Below, in pieces: positions 1-9,332 of a DNA stretch of 64,000 nt. The DNA is from Rhodobacteraceae bacterium UBA6197. GTDB lineage: Bacteria > Pseudomonadota > Alphaproteobacteria > Rhodobacterales > Rhodobacteraceae. Numbering within the stretch: the first letter of the stretch is position 1; every line of letters starts with the position of its first letter. The stretch spans positions 28,212 to 92,211 of the forward strand of contig DISZ01000006.1 in NCBI GenBank assembly GCA_002422085.1, written 5' to 3'. The translations under genes and the position numbers were made by a program. A model generated the notes under the pieces. The model ran no database searches and was not told the DNA's origin. It worked only from the letters and a program-made list of their open reading frames with translations.

Positions 1-2002
1 CGACCCGTGCGCGGTAGCGTCGGGCCGGGGCGGTCCACGGCAGGCCCAGCGCCCGTATCCCCTCAAGCGCGGCCCGCGCCACTGCCTCGGGCGGCGCCTC
101 CCAGATCCGGTCCTCAAGCACCAGCGCGCCAAACACCTCTTGCCGCCGCGCCAGAACCCGGCCCTCGCGGCGCGACCACTGGCACAAATCAACCCAGCGG
201 ATCTGATCGCCAAACAGCCGCCGCAGGCTGGCCTCGGTCAACGCAACGCCCTGGCGGACCCGCGCCTCGCGGGCGTCACCGTCAAGGTCGGTCGCCACGA
301 TCAGCCGCGCCGCCGCCAGCGCGTCGGTCGGCGCCAGCACCGCGCCCTTGCCGCCCGAAAGCACATAGCGCGCGCCCTCGCCCGAGGCCGGTTTCGCCCG
401 GCGCAGCCCGATCCGGTCGGGGTAGGCAAGGGCGGCCATTTCGGCCAACGCATAGCCGCCACCGCCGTGGACCAGCCGCGCCAGCCGCCGCGCTTCCTGG
501 CGCACCCGGTCCACCACGCCGCGGTTGACGACATGACCCTGCGCCTGCTCAAAGCCCTTGGGGTCGCTGAGCGCGGCGATGCGCAGCGCCAGATCTGCGC
601 CCGCGCCCTTCAGCGGGTCGCGCTCGGCCAGAAGCGCGGCCAGAGGCGCCGCCTCGGGGCCGGCCAACACCAGCATATGCGCCAGACGCGGGTGCAGCGG
701 CAGCGCCGCCAGCGCCCGGCCATGCGGCGTGATCCGGCCATCGGCCAGCGCCCCCAACCCGGCAAGCAGCGCCCGCGCCTCGGCCAAGGCCGGGCCCGGC
801 GGCGGCGTCAGAAACGCAAGGTCGCTGCCGTCGCTGCCCCAGACCGCCAGTTCCAGTGCCAGCCCGGCCAGATCGGAAACCGCGATCTCGGGCGGCGCAA
901 AGGCGGGCATCGCACCTTCTTCGCCGCGGGTCCAGTAGCGGTAGCACAGCCCCGCGGCGACGCGCCCGGCGCGGCCCTGACGCTGCGCCGCCTCGGCCCG
1001 GCTGACGCGTTCGGTGACCAGCCGCGCCATGCCGCTGGCCGGGTCGAATCGCGCCCGGCGCGCCCGGCCGCCATCGACCACCACCCGGATATCCTCGATC
1101 GTCAGACTGGTCTCGGCGATCGCGGTGGCCAGAACCACCTTGCGCCCGCCCGCCGCCGCTTCGGTGGCCGGCAAGGGCGCAATCGCGGCCCGCTGCGCAC
1201 CAAAGGGCATCGCGCCAAACAGCGGCCGGATCACACAGCCCTCAGGCAGGCGGCCGGTCAGCGCCGCCTCGACCCGGCGGATCTCGGCCTCGCCGGGCAG
1301 GAACACCAGAACCCCGCCGGTGGTCTCGGCCACCGCCTCGGCGACCAGCCCCGCCACCCCCGCCTCATAGCGCATCCCCGCCGCCGGGGGCCGCGCCAGC
1401 CAGCGCGTCGCCACCGCAAAGGCCCGCCCGTCCGACCGCAGCAGCGGCGCATCGCCCAAAAGCGCCGCGACCGGCTCGGCCTCCAGCGTGGCCGACATCA
1501 CCACCACCGCCAGATCCGGGCGCAGCGCACCGCGCGCCTCCCAGACCAGCGCCAACCCCAGATCGGCATTCAACGAGCGTTCGTGAAATTCGTCAAAGAT
1601 CACACAGCCAATCCCCGACAGGCCCGGGTCGATCTGGATCATCCGGGTCAGGATGCCCTCGGTGACCACCTCGATCCTGGTGCCACGCGATACCTTGGCC
1701 TCGCCGCGCATCCGGTAGCCGACGGTGGCGCCGACCGGCTCGCCCAGCGTCTCGGCCATCCGCTCGGCACTGGCACGCGCCGCCAGACGGCGCGGCTCCA
1801 GCATCAGGATCTTGCCCTCCACCTCGGGCAACAGCGCCAAGGGCACGCGCGTCGTCTTGCCCGCGCCCGGCGGCGCCACCAGCACCGCGCGCCCCTCGGC
1901 CCGCAGCATCGCGACCAGCGCCGGCAACACCTCCTCGATCGGCAGCCGGGCGGCTGGCGCAGAGGGCGCAGGCGGGCGAACGGGGGGCGAAGGCGGCGTC
2001 AT
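1..2002 (-). CDS. hrpB: ATP-dependent helicase HrpB (C-terminal end lies outside the window)
   Basis: Not in the ORF track because no stop lies in the window. Hand translation of the reverse strand from ATG 2002..2000 reads MTPPSPPVRPP..LVAMLRAEGRAVLVAPPGAGKTTRVPLALL..GCVIFDEFHERS..VVVMSATLE. This gives a Walker A motif, a DEFH (DExH) box and a SAT motif in HrpB order. The frame is open to base 1. Confidence 0.9.
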   Translation of the reverse strand, partial: MTPPSPPVRPPAPSAPAARLPIEEVLPALVAMLRAEGRAVLVAPPGAGKTTRVPLALLPEVEGKILMLEPRRLAARASAERMAETLGEPVGATVGYRMRGEAKVSRGTRIEVVTEGILTRMIQIDPGLSGIGCVIFDEFHERSLNADLGLALVWEARGALRPDLAVVVMSATLEAEPVAALLGDAPLLRSDGRAFAVATRWLARPPAAGMRYEAGVAGLVAEAVAETTGGVLVFLPGEAEIRRVEAALTGRLPEGCVIRPLFGAMPFGAQRAAIAPLPATEAAAGGRKVVLATAIAETSLTIEDIRVVVDGGRARRARFDPASGMARLVTERVSRAEAAQRQGRAGRVAAGLCYRYWTRGEEGAMPAFAPPEIAVSDLAGLALELAVWGSDGSDLAFLTPPPGPALAEARALLAGLGALADGRITPHGRALAALPLHPRLAHMLVLAGPEAAPLAALLAERDPLKGAGADLALRIAALSDPKGFEQAQGHVVNRGVVDRVRQEARRLARLVHGGGGYALAEMAALAYPDRIGLRRAKPASGEGARYVLSGGKGAVLAPTDALAAARLIVATDLDGDAREARVRQGVALTEASLRRLFGDQIRWVDLCQWSRREGRVLARRQEVFGALVLEDRIWEAPPEAVARAALEGIRALGLPWTAPARRYRARV

Positions 2003-2010
2003 GGCCCCGC

Positions 2011-2775
2011 TTATCGCCGTTTCAACGCGCCTTTGCCATAGAGCGTGTCCATCGAGATCTCGACCACGCGCAGCATCCCCTCGCCCGCCGCCGCATAGCG
2101 CAGCCGGAACGGAAAGCGCACCTTTTCAGCCATTTCCTTTTCCGAGAACCCCGCAAGGCGGCGATATTCCCCGGCGCAAGTCACCCCCTTGGCGCCGTTC
2201 TCGGCCGCGCTCAACACCACCTGCGAGCGGCGCCTGCCGTCAAACAGCACCACGCTCAGCGTGCAAGCCTCGGCCACGGGCACATCGCGCACCACGGCAT
2301 AAAGCGCGGTCAAAGGGTCGATCGTGCCGCCCTGCGTGGACGGTTTCACATCGCCGATCTTCGCCTCGCGCGGCGGGTTGTAGGTCTTGACCTGCGGCAC
2401 CCCCGCCTTGTAGGCCATCACCGATTCCGACTGCCGTTTCGAGGTGTCGGCCTTCTCGCGATAGCTTGCGGGCGTATAGGTGCCGTTGACATAAGTGCCG
2501 GTCACGCTGGCGTCATAACGCACCTTGCGGATCGCGCCCAAAAGCCCGGTGCTTTGCAACACGCCATTGGCGGCATAGGCGGTGCCCACCATCTTGCCGT
2601 TGACCTCAAGCCGCCCGGCGGTCAGCCCCATCAGCGTCAGATCGAACACCGCCCGATCCACCTGATCGGCGGCGGCCGGCAACGGTAGCGCGCCCAGCGG
2701 CACAGCCATCAGCAGACCCGCGCCGATCAGACCGCGCAACGACCGCGACCGGTTGGATAGAAACAGGCTGACCAT
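2011..2775 (-). CDS. secreted protein, DUF3108-like (family from memory)
   Basis: 254-aa ORF with an N-terminal signal peptide ([21 protein letters not shown]) and GC-rich third codon positions. Its stop lies 8 nt upstream of the hrpB start, which suggests co-transcription. Confidence 0.8.
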   Translation of the reverse strand: MVSLFLSNRSRSLRGLIGAGLLMAVPLGALPLPAAADQVDRAVFDLTLMGLTAGRLEVNGKMVGTAYAANGVLQSTGLLGAIRKVRYDASVTGTYVNGTYTPASYREKADTSKRQSESVMAYKAGVPQVKTYNPPREAKIGDVKPSTQGGTIDPLTALYAVVRDVPVAEACTLSVVLFDGRRRSQVVLSAAENGAKGVTCAGEYRRLAGFSEKEMAEKVRFPFRLRYAAAGEGMLRVVEISMDTLYGKGALKRR

Positions 2776-2934
2776 GAACGCTCCTCACGAAAACACCCCC
2801 GCAATGGGCCTTGGCTCTGGACATACACGGTTGCAAGCGGGCAAGAAACCCGGGCGCGCGTCACGTTTCGTGACAAACCTGTGCGCCCGTCGCCTTGGAT
2901 GACGGCATTGTCACTTGCACCGAAGGCCCCGCCC

Positions 2935-3915
2935 ATGGACCTGCCCGCCCTCGCGACCCAAATCCTGACCGGCGACCGCCGGGCACTGGCCCGCGCCATC
3001 ACCCTGGTGGAAAGCGCACGCGCCGATCACCGCGCCCTCGCCGCCGAGCTTCTGGCGCGCCTTGCCCCCATCGGCCGCCAGGCCTTGCGAATCGGTCTCT
3101 CGGGCACGCCCGGCGTCGGCAAATCCACCTTCATCGAGACCTTCGGCCTGATGCTGACAGGTCAGGGGCTGCGCGTCGCGGTGCTGGCCGTCGATCCCAG
3201 CTCGGCCCGTTCGGGCGGCTCGATTCTGGGGGACAAGACCCGGATGGAGCACCTCTCGCGCGACCCTCTCGCCTATATCCGCCCCTCGCCCAGCCAGGCC
3301 CATCTGGGCGGCGTCGCCCGCCGCACCCGCGAGGCCATCGCGCTGTGCGAAGCGGCCGGTTTTGACGTGGTGCTGATCGAAACCGTCGGCGTCGGCCAAT
3401 CCGAAACGCTGGTCGCGGAAATGGCCGACCTGTTCATCCTGCTGCTCGCCCCGGCGGGCGGCGACGAATTGCAAGGCGTCAAGCGCGGCATCATGGAAAT
3501 GGCCGACCTGATTCTCGTCAACAAGGCCGACGGCGACCTCAAGCCCGCCGCCCTGCGCACCAAATCCGACTACGCCGGCGCGCTGCGGCTGCTGCGCAAA
3601 CGCCCCCAGGACCCGCCGGGCTTTCCCAAGGCCCTTGCCGTTTCGGCCCTGAACGACGCGGGCCTGAAGGGCGCTTGGGACGAAATGCAACACCTTGCCC
3701 AATGGCGCCGCGCCGAGGGCCATTTCGACCGCGCCCGCGCCGAACAGGCGCGCCACTGGTTCGAGGCAGAGGTGCGCGAAGGCCTGCTTGCGCAACTGAC
3801 CCAGGATGCGGCGACACGGGCACGGATGACTCGCCTCGGCACCGCCGTCGCCGAAGGCCGCACCGCCCCCGCCAAGGCCGCCGCGGAAATGCTCACCACC
3901 CTCGGTCAACCCTGA
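2935..3915 (+). CDS. meaB: methylmalonyl-CoA mutase-associated G3E GTPase MeaB/ArgK
   Basis: P-loop [24 protein letters not shown], and the G4 motif LVNKADG. I moved the start to ATG 2935 ([11 protein letters not shown]) inside track ORF 2881..3915. Confidence 0.9.
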   Translation: MDLPALATQILTGDRRALARAITLVESARADHRALAAELLARLAPIGRQALRIGLSGTPGVGKSTFIETFGLMLTGQGLRVAVLAVDPSSARSGGSILGDKTRMEHLSRDPLAYIRPSPSQAHLGGVARRTREAIALCEAAGFDVVLIETVGVGQSETLVAEMADLFILLLAPAGGDELQGVKRGIMEMADLILVNKADGDLKPAALRTKSDYAGALRLLRKRPQDPPGFPKALAVSALNDAGLKGAWDEMQHLAQWRRAEGHFDRARAEQARHWFEAEVREGLLAQLTQDAATRARMTRLGTAVAEGRTAPAKAAAEMLTTLGQP

Positions 3916-3918
3916 GCC

Positions 3919-4005
3919 GTTTCATCTTCGCCTAAATATCCCCGCCGGAGGCTCCTGCCTGTGCCGCGGAAGCCTCCGGTGGGGATATTTAGGCGAAGAT
4001 GAAAC
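3919..4005. repeat. palindromic intergenic repeat, copy 1 (35-nt arms, 17-nt loop)
   Basis: Left arm gtttcatcttcgcctaaatatccccgccggaggct (3919-3953) is the reverse complement of right arm agcctccggtggggatatttaggcgaagatgaaac (3971-4005). The one exception is a C>T change that keeps a G-U pair. The same element recurs at 21510-21598 and 34625-34710, with a half copy at 6245-6278. Confidence 0.9.
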
Positions 4006-4036
4006 CATGAAGAGCCAAGTTTGCGCGGATGAATCG

Positions 4037-4065
4037 CTTGACGGCGCCGGTCTTTACCCTTATCC
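4037..4065 (+). promoter_or_regulatory. candidate sigma70-type promoter of rpmB
   Basis: TTGACG (4037-4042), a 17-nt spacer, then TATCCC (4060-4065), about 90 nt upstream of the rpmB ATG. This rests on a pattern match only. Confidence 0.25.
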
Positions 4066-4157
4066 CGCCTCAACGGAATTCCGGGCAACGCCTTGGCGAT
4101 GCCTGTCTATGGTATGTATGCCGCGCCTGCGGCCCGATGAAACGAAGGAAGATCGCC

Positions 4158-4445
4158 ATGTCGCGCGTCTGCGAACTGACCGGCAAAGGCCCGATGACGG
4201 GCAATAACGTGAGCCACGCGAACAACAGATCGCGGCGTCGCTTTCTGCCGAACCTGAACGACGTCACGCTGATCTCGGATGTTCTGGGCCAGTCGTTCAA
4301 GCTGCGCATTTCGGCGGCGGGCCTGCGCTCGGTGGACCACCGTGGCGGGCTTGACGCCTATCTCGCGAAGGCCAATGACAGCGAGCTGTCGGTGACCGCG
4401 CAGAAAATCAAGAAAGCCATTGCCAAGGCTCAGGCCGCCGCCTGA
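4158..4445 (+). CDS. rpmB: 50S ribosomal protein L28
   Basis: [33 protein letters not shown] is the canonical L28 N-terminus. A GAAGGAAG Shine-Dalgarno sequence sits 6 nt upstream of ATG 4158, which lies inside track ORF 4029..4445. Confidence 0.95.
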   Translation: MSRVCELTGKGPMTGNNVSHANNRSRRRFLPNLNDVTLISDVLGQSFKLRISAAGLRSVDHRGGLDAYLAKANDSELSVTAQKIKKAIAKAQAAA

Positions 4446-4469
4446 TCCCATGCAAGACGGGTTGCATCG

Positions 4470-4496
4470 GCCCCGCCTCTGGCGGGGCTTTTGCTT
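4470..4496 (+). terminator. intrinsic terminator after rpmB
   Basis: gccccgcc-tct-ggcggggc forms an 8-bp GC stem followed by ttttgctt. Confidence 0.75.
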
Positions 4497-4621
4497 GCGC
4501 GCCTTTGCGGTTGTGGCGCCGCGACGCCAGAGTTGATCTGCGGGCGACACCTGCCCGGCCTGCGGCATCACTGCCCATATCGCAGCTTTTCAAACGCGGC
4601 CGGGTCCGCTATCGTGTCGGC

Positions 4622-4975
4622 ATGAGGATGCAACGCGCCCGTGCCGGCTTTGGAATTCTGTTCGCGCTATTGTTGGCGGCGACCAGTCTTACCATGGCCA
4701 CGGCCCGCGGCCAGACCCGCATCGCCGGCGAGATCGTGATCTGCACCGGCTACGGGCTGAGCACCATCTCGGTTGACGAAAACGGCAACCCGACGGGCCC
4801 GATTCACGTTTGCCCCGATATGGTTCTGGCGTTGATGTCGGCGCTCGACAGCGCGCAAGTGCTGCCCGAACGCCCCGAAACCCGCGCCGATCTCGTTGCG
4901 CAACCCTTGATCTCGACACCCGCCTCGCGCAGCCTGGCCACCGCGCGTGCCCGAGGCCCTCCCCTGTTCATCTGA
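4622..4975 (+). CDS. hypothetical secreted protein
   Basis: ATG 4622 (MRMQRARAGFGILFALLLAATSLTMATA) gives a signal peptide and coding-like codon usage. It contains ICTGYG and HVCPD cysteine motifs. I did not recognise the family with confidence. Confidence 0.55.
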   Translation: MRMQRARAGFGILFALLLAATSLTMATARGQTRIAGEIVICTGYGLSTISVDENGNPTGPIHVCPDMVLALMSALDSAQVLPERPETRADLVAQPLISTPASRSLATARARGPPLFI

Positions 4976-5007
4976 GCCGATCTTCGGAGTTTCAGACGAC
5001 AGGATAC

Positions 5008-5253
5008 ATGATGTCCCTTTCCAGCCCGTTTCCGACCGCGATCGCGGTTGTGTCTGCGCCGCCCGCCCTTGCCGATGTCACCGTGGTCGCCCCCTTTGCC
5101 CTGGGTGCCACCGAGGTATCGGTATCGGGTCGCGCCGTCATGCCGCCCGAAGCGGCCGGCACAGGCAGGGACAGGTTTCCAGCCATGCTGAAGCGCACGC
5201 CCCGGCCGGGGCTTTCCGATGATCGGCCAGTGACTTTGGCTTCCTCGAACTGA
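5008..5253 (+). pseudogene. short secreted ORF, possibly a frame-broken PCu(A)C-like copper chaperone remnant
   Basis: MMSLSSPFPTAIAVVSAPPALADVTVVAPFALGATEVSVSGRAV resembles the signal peptide plus first strand of PCu(A)C proteins. Codon quality drops after about 5160 (AGG, ACA and CCA codons) and the ORF ends early. Confidence 0.25.
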
Positions 5254-5368
5254 CCGGGCCGGGCGCGTGCGAGCCCCTGCCTGCTGTCCGAGGCTTCCTC
5301 GTCATGGGGTGTTTCGTGCCCTCGTTGCACCTCATGGCGAGGATCTTCGTCTTCAGCTTCGGCGCCAA

Positions 5369-5395
5369 CGAAAAAGGCACCCCTTGGGGTGCCTT
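5369..5395 (-). terminator. intrinsic terminator of the 5419..5721 gene
   Basis: aaggcacc-ccttgg-ggtgcctt hairpin. On the minus-strand transcript it is followed by UUUUU (the plus-strand aaaaa at 5371-5375). It lies 24 nt downstream of the stop. Confidence 0.7.
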
Positions 5396-5418
5396 CGTGT
5401 TTCGTCCATGACCCCGGT

Positions 5419-5721
5419 TCAGCCGCCGCAATAGGCCTCGGCCGTCGCGCCGAAATTCTTGTAGCGCAGCCAGAACGCCTCATCCGAGGCCCGGTCGGAT
5501 TGCCGCACCTCTTGCGCGCGGTGCGGATCTTGAAAGAACTTGGCCGCCCGGCGCTGGTCAGACCGGCTCAGCGTCATGTCAGCAACCTGCTGGATGCAGC
5601 CGCAAAGCGCCCGATTCGCCTGCGACCGCCCGCCCTTCAGGCAGGCCGAATCAATCGGCCCGGCATAAGCCCCGGAGGCACCCGCCATCAGCGCCACGGT
5701 CAGCAGAATGGATTTTCTCAT
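5419..5721 (-). CDS. hypothetical secreted cysteine-containing protein
   Basis: 100-aa ORF with signal peptide MRKSILLTVALMAGASGAYA, good codon bias, and its own terminator. Confidence 0.7.
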   Translation of the reverse strand: MRKSILLTVALMAGASGAYAGPIDSACLKGGRSQANRALCGCIQQVADMTLSRSDQRRAAKFFQDPHRAQEVRQSDRASDEAFWLRYKNFGATAEAYCGG

Positions 5722-5923
5722 CGCTCGTGCCCCTCATTTTCGCAGCCGCCAAGGCGCTGCATCGTCTTTTTCTTGTCCGGCAGTCTAACGGTGCAGCCGT
5801 TGATTTTCAATGAATTAAAGGCGTTTTGTGTGGATCGCGGATAAGCCCTTGGGCAACACAAACCCTTGGGGCGCGGGTTCTCCGCACCCCCAGACTTGGA
5901 CAAATCAAACCGGAGTTGCCGGC

Positions 5924-6124
5924 TCAGCCGATCACTTCGGCCTCATAGCCCGCGCCCTTCAGCGCCGCCAGAACCGTTGCTTCGGGCAGGCCCGACACCT
6001 CGACTTCGCGGTTCGGCAGGTCGAACGCAGCCCTGCCGCCCACCGCCGCCAGCGCCGCTTCGATCGCGGCCTTGCAATGCCCGCACGACATTTCAGGAAC
6101 AGACAAGATCATCGCAATCTCCAT
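5924..6124 (-). CDS. copZ: heavy-metal-associated (HMA) domain copper chaperone, CopZ-like
   Basis: 66 aa with the MSCGHCK metal-binding motif (MxCxxC) and a ferredoxin-like length. Confidence 0.8.
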   Translation of the reverse strand: MEIAMILSVPEMSCGHCKAAIEAALAAVGGRAAFDLPNREVEVSGLPEATVLAALKGAGYEAEVIG

Positions 6125-6244
6125 TCAGATCCGCCGATATCTGCGCCCCCCGGCCCAAAAGGTCAACGCCGCGCCGCGACCCGCCCGCCTTTTGCAGCCC
6201 GCGCCAGACAACGCTGCCACGGCCCGATCAGGCGGCTCGCTGCG

Positions 6245-6278
6245 CTTCATCTTCGCCCAAATATCCCCGCCGGAGGCT
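6245..6278. repeat. solo left arm (half copy) of the palindromic repeat family
   Basis: cttcatcttcgcccaaatatccccgccggaggct matches the left arms of the full copies and is followed by a loop-like ccgccgcaggg. No right arm is present. Confidence 0.8.
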
Positions 6279-6353
6279 CCGCCGCAGGGCACCGGCACCG
6301 ACGGTCTTTCATGCCCCCTTCCCCGGCCAACGGGGACAGGCTATATGCGCCCC

Positions 6354-8153
6354 ATGACTCAGCTAGATCTCATTCGCAACTTCTCGATCGTGGCCCATAT
6401 CGACCACGGCAAATCCACCCTCGCAGACCGGTTGATCCAATCGACCGGGACGGTGGCCGACCGTGACATGAAGGCCCAGATGCTGGACAGCATGGATATC
6501 GAGCGCGAGCGCGGCATCACCATCAAGGCCAACACCGTGCGGATCGAATACCCCGCCAAGGATGGCAAGACCTATGTGCTCAACCTGATCGACACGCCGG
6601 GGCACGTCGACTTTGCCTATGAGGTCAGCCGCAGCATGCGCGCGGTCGAGGGCTCGCTTCTGGTCGTGGACGCATCGCAAGGCGTCGAGGCGCAGACCTT
6701 GGCCAACGTCTATCAGGCGATCGACGCGGGGCATGAAATCGTGCCGGTGCTGAACAAGATCGACCTGCCCGCCGCCGAACCCGACCGCGTCAAGGAACAG
6801 ATCGAAGACGTGATCGGCATCGACGCCTCGGGTGCGATCCCGATTTCCGCGAAATCGGGCCTTGGCATCCCCGACGTGCTCGAGGCCATCGTCACCCGCC
6901 TGCCCGCCCCCAAGGGCGACCGCGACGCGCCCTTGAAGGCGATGCTGGTCGACAGCTGGTATGACAGCTACCTTGGCGTCGTGGTGATGATCCGGGTGAT
7001 GGACGGGGTGGTCCGCAAGGGCGACCGAATCAAGATGATGCAGACCGGCGCGGTTTACGGCATCGACAAGCTGGCGGTGCTGAAACCGCAGATGGTCGAT
7101 ATCGCCGAACTCGGCCCCGGCGAAATCGGCGTCCTGACCGCCTCGATCAAGCAGGTCCGCGACACCCGCGTCGGCGACACCGTCACCCACGAACGCAAGG
7201 GCTGCGCCGCGCCGCTGCCGGGCTTCAAACCGGCCCAGCCGGTGGTGTTTTGCGGCCTGTTCCCGGTCGACGCCAATGACTTCGAGGCGCTGCGCGACGC
7301 GATCGAGAAACTGACCCTCAACGACGCCTCGTTCTCGTCCGAGATGGAGACCTCGGCGGCGCTTGGCTTTGGCTTTCGCTGCGGTTTTCTGGGGCTATTG
7401 CACCTCGAGGTGATCCGCGACCGGCTGGAACGCGAATATGACCTCGATCTGATCACCACCGCGCCCTCGGTCGTCTTTCACCTGCACATGCGCGACGGCG
7501 AAGTGCGCGAACTCCACAACCCCGCCGACATGCCCGACCTGACCTATGTCGATCACATCGAAGAGCCCCGGATCAAGGCGACGATCATGGTGCCCGACGC
7601 CTATCTGGGCGATGTGCTGAAACTGTGTCAGGACCGCCGCGGCATCCAGATGGATCTGACCTACGCCGGCTCGCGCGCGATGGTGGTCTATGACCTGCCG
7701 CTGGCCGAAGTGGTCTTCGACTTTTACGACCGGCTGAAATCGGTGACCAAGGGCTACGCCTCGTTCGACTATCAGATCATGGGCTACCGCGAGGATTTTC
7801 TGGTCAAGATGTCGATTCTGGTGAACGACGAGCCGGTCGATGCGCTTTCGACCATGGTCCACCGCGACCGGGCCGAGGCGCGCGGCCGCGCGATGGTGGA
7901 AAAGCTGAAAGAGCTGATCCCCCGGCATATGTTCAAGATCCCGATTCAGGCCGCCATCGGCGCCCGCGTGATCGCCCGCGAAACGCTGTCAGCGATGCGC
8001 AAGGACGTGACCGCCAAATGTTATGGCGGCGATGCGACCCGCAAGAAGAAGCTGTTGGAAAAGCAGAAGGCCGGCAAAAAGAAGATGCGGCAGTTCGGCA
8101 AGGTCGAAATCCCGCAGACCGCCTTCATCAACGCTCTGAAAATGGATGGGTGA
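6354..8153 (+). CDS. lepA: translation elongation factor 4 (LepA)
   Basis: [37 protein letters not shown] and NKIDL GTPase motifs, giving 599 aa from ATG 6354 (alternative ATG 6345). The track ORF starts spuriously at 6072. Confidence 0.95.
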   Translation: MTQLDLIRNFSIVAHIDHGKSTLADRLIQSTGTVADRDMKAQMLDSMDIERERGITIKANTVRIEYPAKDGKTYVLNLIDTPGHVDFAYEVSRSMRAVEGSLLVVDASQGVEAQTLANVYQAIDAGHEIVPVLNKIDLPAAEPDRVKEQIEDVIGIDASGAIPISAKSGLGIPDVLEAIVTRLPAPKGDRDAPLKAMLVDSWYDSYLGVVVMIRVMDGVVRKGDRIKMMQTGAVYGIDKLAVLKPQMVDIAELGPGEIGVLTASIKQVRDTRVGDTVTHERKGCAAPLPGFKPAQPVVFCGLFPVDANDFEALRDAIEKLTLNDASFSSEMETSAALGFGFRCGFLGLLHLEVIRDRLEREYDLDLITTAPSVVFHLHMRDGEVRELHNPADMPDLTYVDHIEEPRIKATIMVPDAYLGDVLKLCQDRRGIQMDLTYAGSRAMVVYDLPLAEVVFDFYDRLKSVTKGYASFDYQIMGYREDFLVKMSILVNDEPVDALSTMVHRDRAEARGRAMVEKLKELIPRHMFKIPIQAAIGARVIARETLSAMRKDVTAKCYGGDATRKKKLLEKQKAGKKKMRQFGKVEIPQTAFINALKMDG

Positions 8154-8183
8154 GGGTATCCCTCACCCGTCTCAATTCTGCAG

Positions 8184-8489
8184 TCAGTTTGTGCACTGAT
8201 ACACTTTGGTGACCGTGCTCTGATTGCAGCCATACATGTCGAAATTGGTGCAGTGGGTCTTGACGCCTTCAAACGGGTCAGCTTTCCGATAGCCCCACGC
8301 ATTGCAGCGTTTCAGTGCTGACCGATCGGCGGTCGCCCAATCAACTTTTGCGACCTCCAGACTCCCCGTTTGATAAGACATTTCCACCAGGGCGTCAGCC
8401 TTGCTTCCCCCTGTCGGAAGCGGCGTTTTGCTGACCTCACAACCGGACGCGAGCATGACAAGAGCTAAACAGACAACTGATTTCTTCAT
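8184..8489 (-). CDS. small lipoprotein, YecR-like (family from memory)
   Basis: MKKSVVCLALVMLASGC carries a lipobox and the protein has four further Cys. The gene sits in a visibly lower-GC stretch (about 8160-8560). Confidence 0.7.
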   Translation of the reverse strand: MKKSVVCLALVMLASGCEVSKTPLPTGGSKADALVEMSYQTGSLEVAKVDWATADRSALKRCNAWGYRKADPFEGVKTHCTNFDMYGCNQSTVTKVYQCTN

Positions 8490-8992
8490 TGGCAATCCAA
8501 CCTTCTGAATACATATTTTGGTGTATGAATTCTAGCTCACGTCGCCGTGAAAGGAAGCCGATCGCGCCAATTTTAGGTGAAAAGCAAACCCCTGCGCGCC
8601 ACATCTTCGGCGCGGCGGGCGCGGGTCAGAAAAAGTCTGTAATCGCGGCACCGACCGCCCGGCGCGCGCCCTCGTCCGCGCGGGAAATCCGGCCCGGAAT
8701 TTCCGTCGCGCAAGCCCCGCCCGCGCGTGGATCACATGCAAAAGGCGCCCGGTTCACCGCCGGACGCCTGCCTGATGGCTTGGCCCAATTGCCCCGGCTG
8801 CCATCCGCCGGGCGGTTCGGCCACTCGCCCCCGCGGGCGCGCCGGCCGCGCCTGACCAGTTGCCGCCGTTCCCTTGACCCTTGCCTTGGGCGCTCTTCGT
8901 CACGCAGGCTGCGGGGCAACCGCCCGACCTGGCGCCTCAGATCGGCGTTCGGCAAGGCAGCGCCCTGTGTCACCCTGCGGCGGCACCGCCGG

Positions 8993-9133
8993 TCACATCC
9001 CCGTTTGCGCCTTGCTGGCCTCAGAGCTGATCGCCCCTCCGGCGGTTTCCAGATCACGGCCGGCGCCCTTCACGGTTTCACAGGCCGTCAGTCCCAACAG
9101 GGCAATCAGGGCAATCAGCGGGGCTTTCATCAT
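8993..9133 (-). CDS. entericidin A/B family small lipoprotein
   Basis: Below the 60-aa track cutoff. The reverse strand reads MMKAPLIALIALLGLTACETVKGAGRDLETAGGAISSEASKAQTGM (46 aa) with the lipobox LTAC. A GGAGAG Shine-Dalgarno sequence lies 4 nt upstream. Confidence 0.7.
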   Translation of the reverse strand: MMKAPLIALIALLGLTACETVKGAGRDLETAGGAISSEASKAQTGM

Positions 9134-9332
9134 TTCTCTCCTGGGTGGCGAACATGTCGCGGCAAGCCTCCCTCATCCGCGCCGGGCCGTCAATCGCCCG
9201 TCGCCCCGCGACCGGAATCCGCGCCGCTGCAAACGCCACAATTTCGTGTTACCCTTGCGCCGGGGTGCGGGCCGAATGGGTTTCGCATGATGTGGGCTGA
9301 GCGGCCCAGGCACCCTTTCGGGAGGACATCAA

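Noticed and set aside
140-2041. 633-aa plus-strand ORF, the longest ORF at the left edge of the window
   Set aside because: It is Arg/Gln/Pro-rich with a low-complexity translation. The opposite strand gives a clean HrpB helicase with all motifs, so this is an antisense shadow typical of high-GC DNA.
3906-4088. Short ORFs across the hairpin repeats (3906..4088, 21410..21610, 21404..21658, 34613..35047 and others) encoding LRPNIPAGG and RRGYLDE peptides
   Set aside because: The same peptides appear on both strands only because the DNA is palindromic. The ORFs start or stop inside the repeat and carry no coding signal outside it.
5780-5795. TTGATTTTCAATGA as a second FNR box
   Set aside because: The second half-site is AATGA, not ATCAA. 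The sequence is only a short TTGA-N3-TCAA palindrome in an AT-rich promoter region.
8148-8168. gggtgaggg-tat-ccctcaccc hairpin at the lepA stop as an intrinsic terminator
   Set aside because: The stem is real, but there is no U tract on either strand, so I cannot call it a terminator with confidence.
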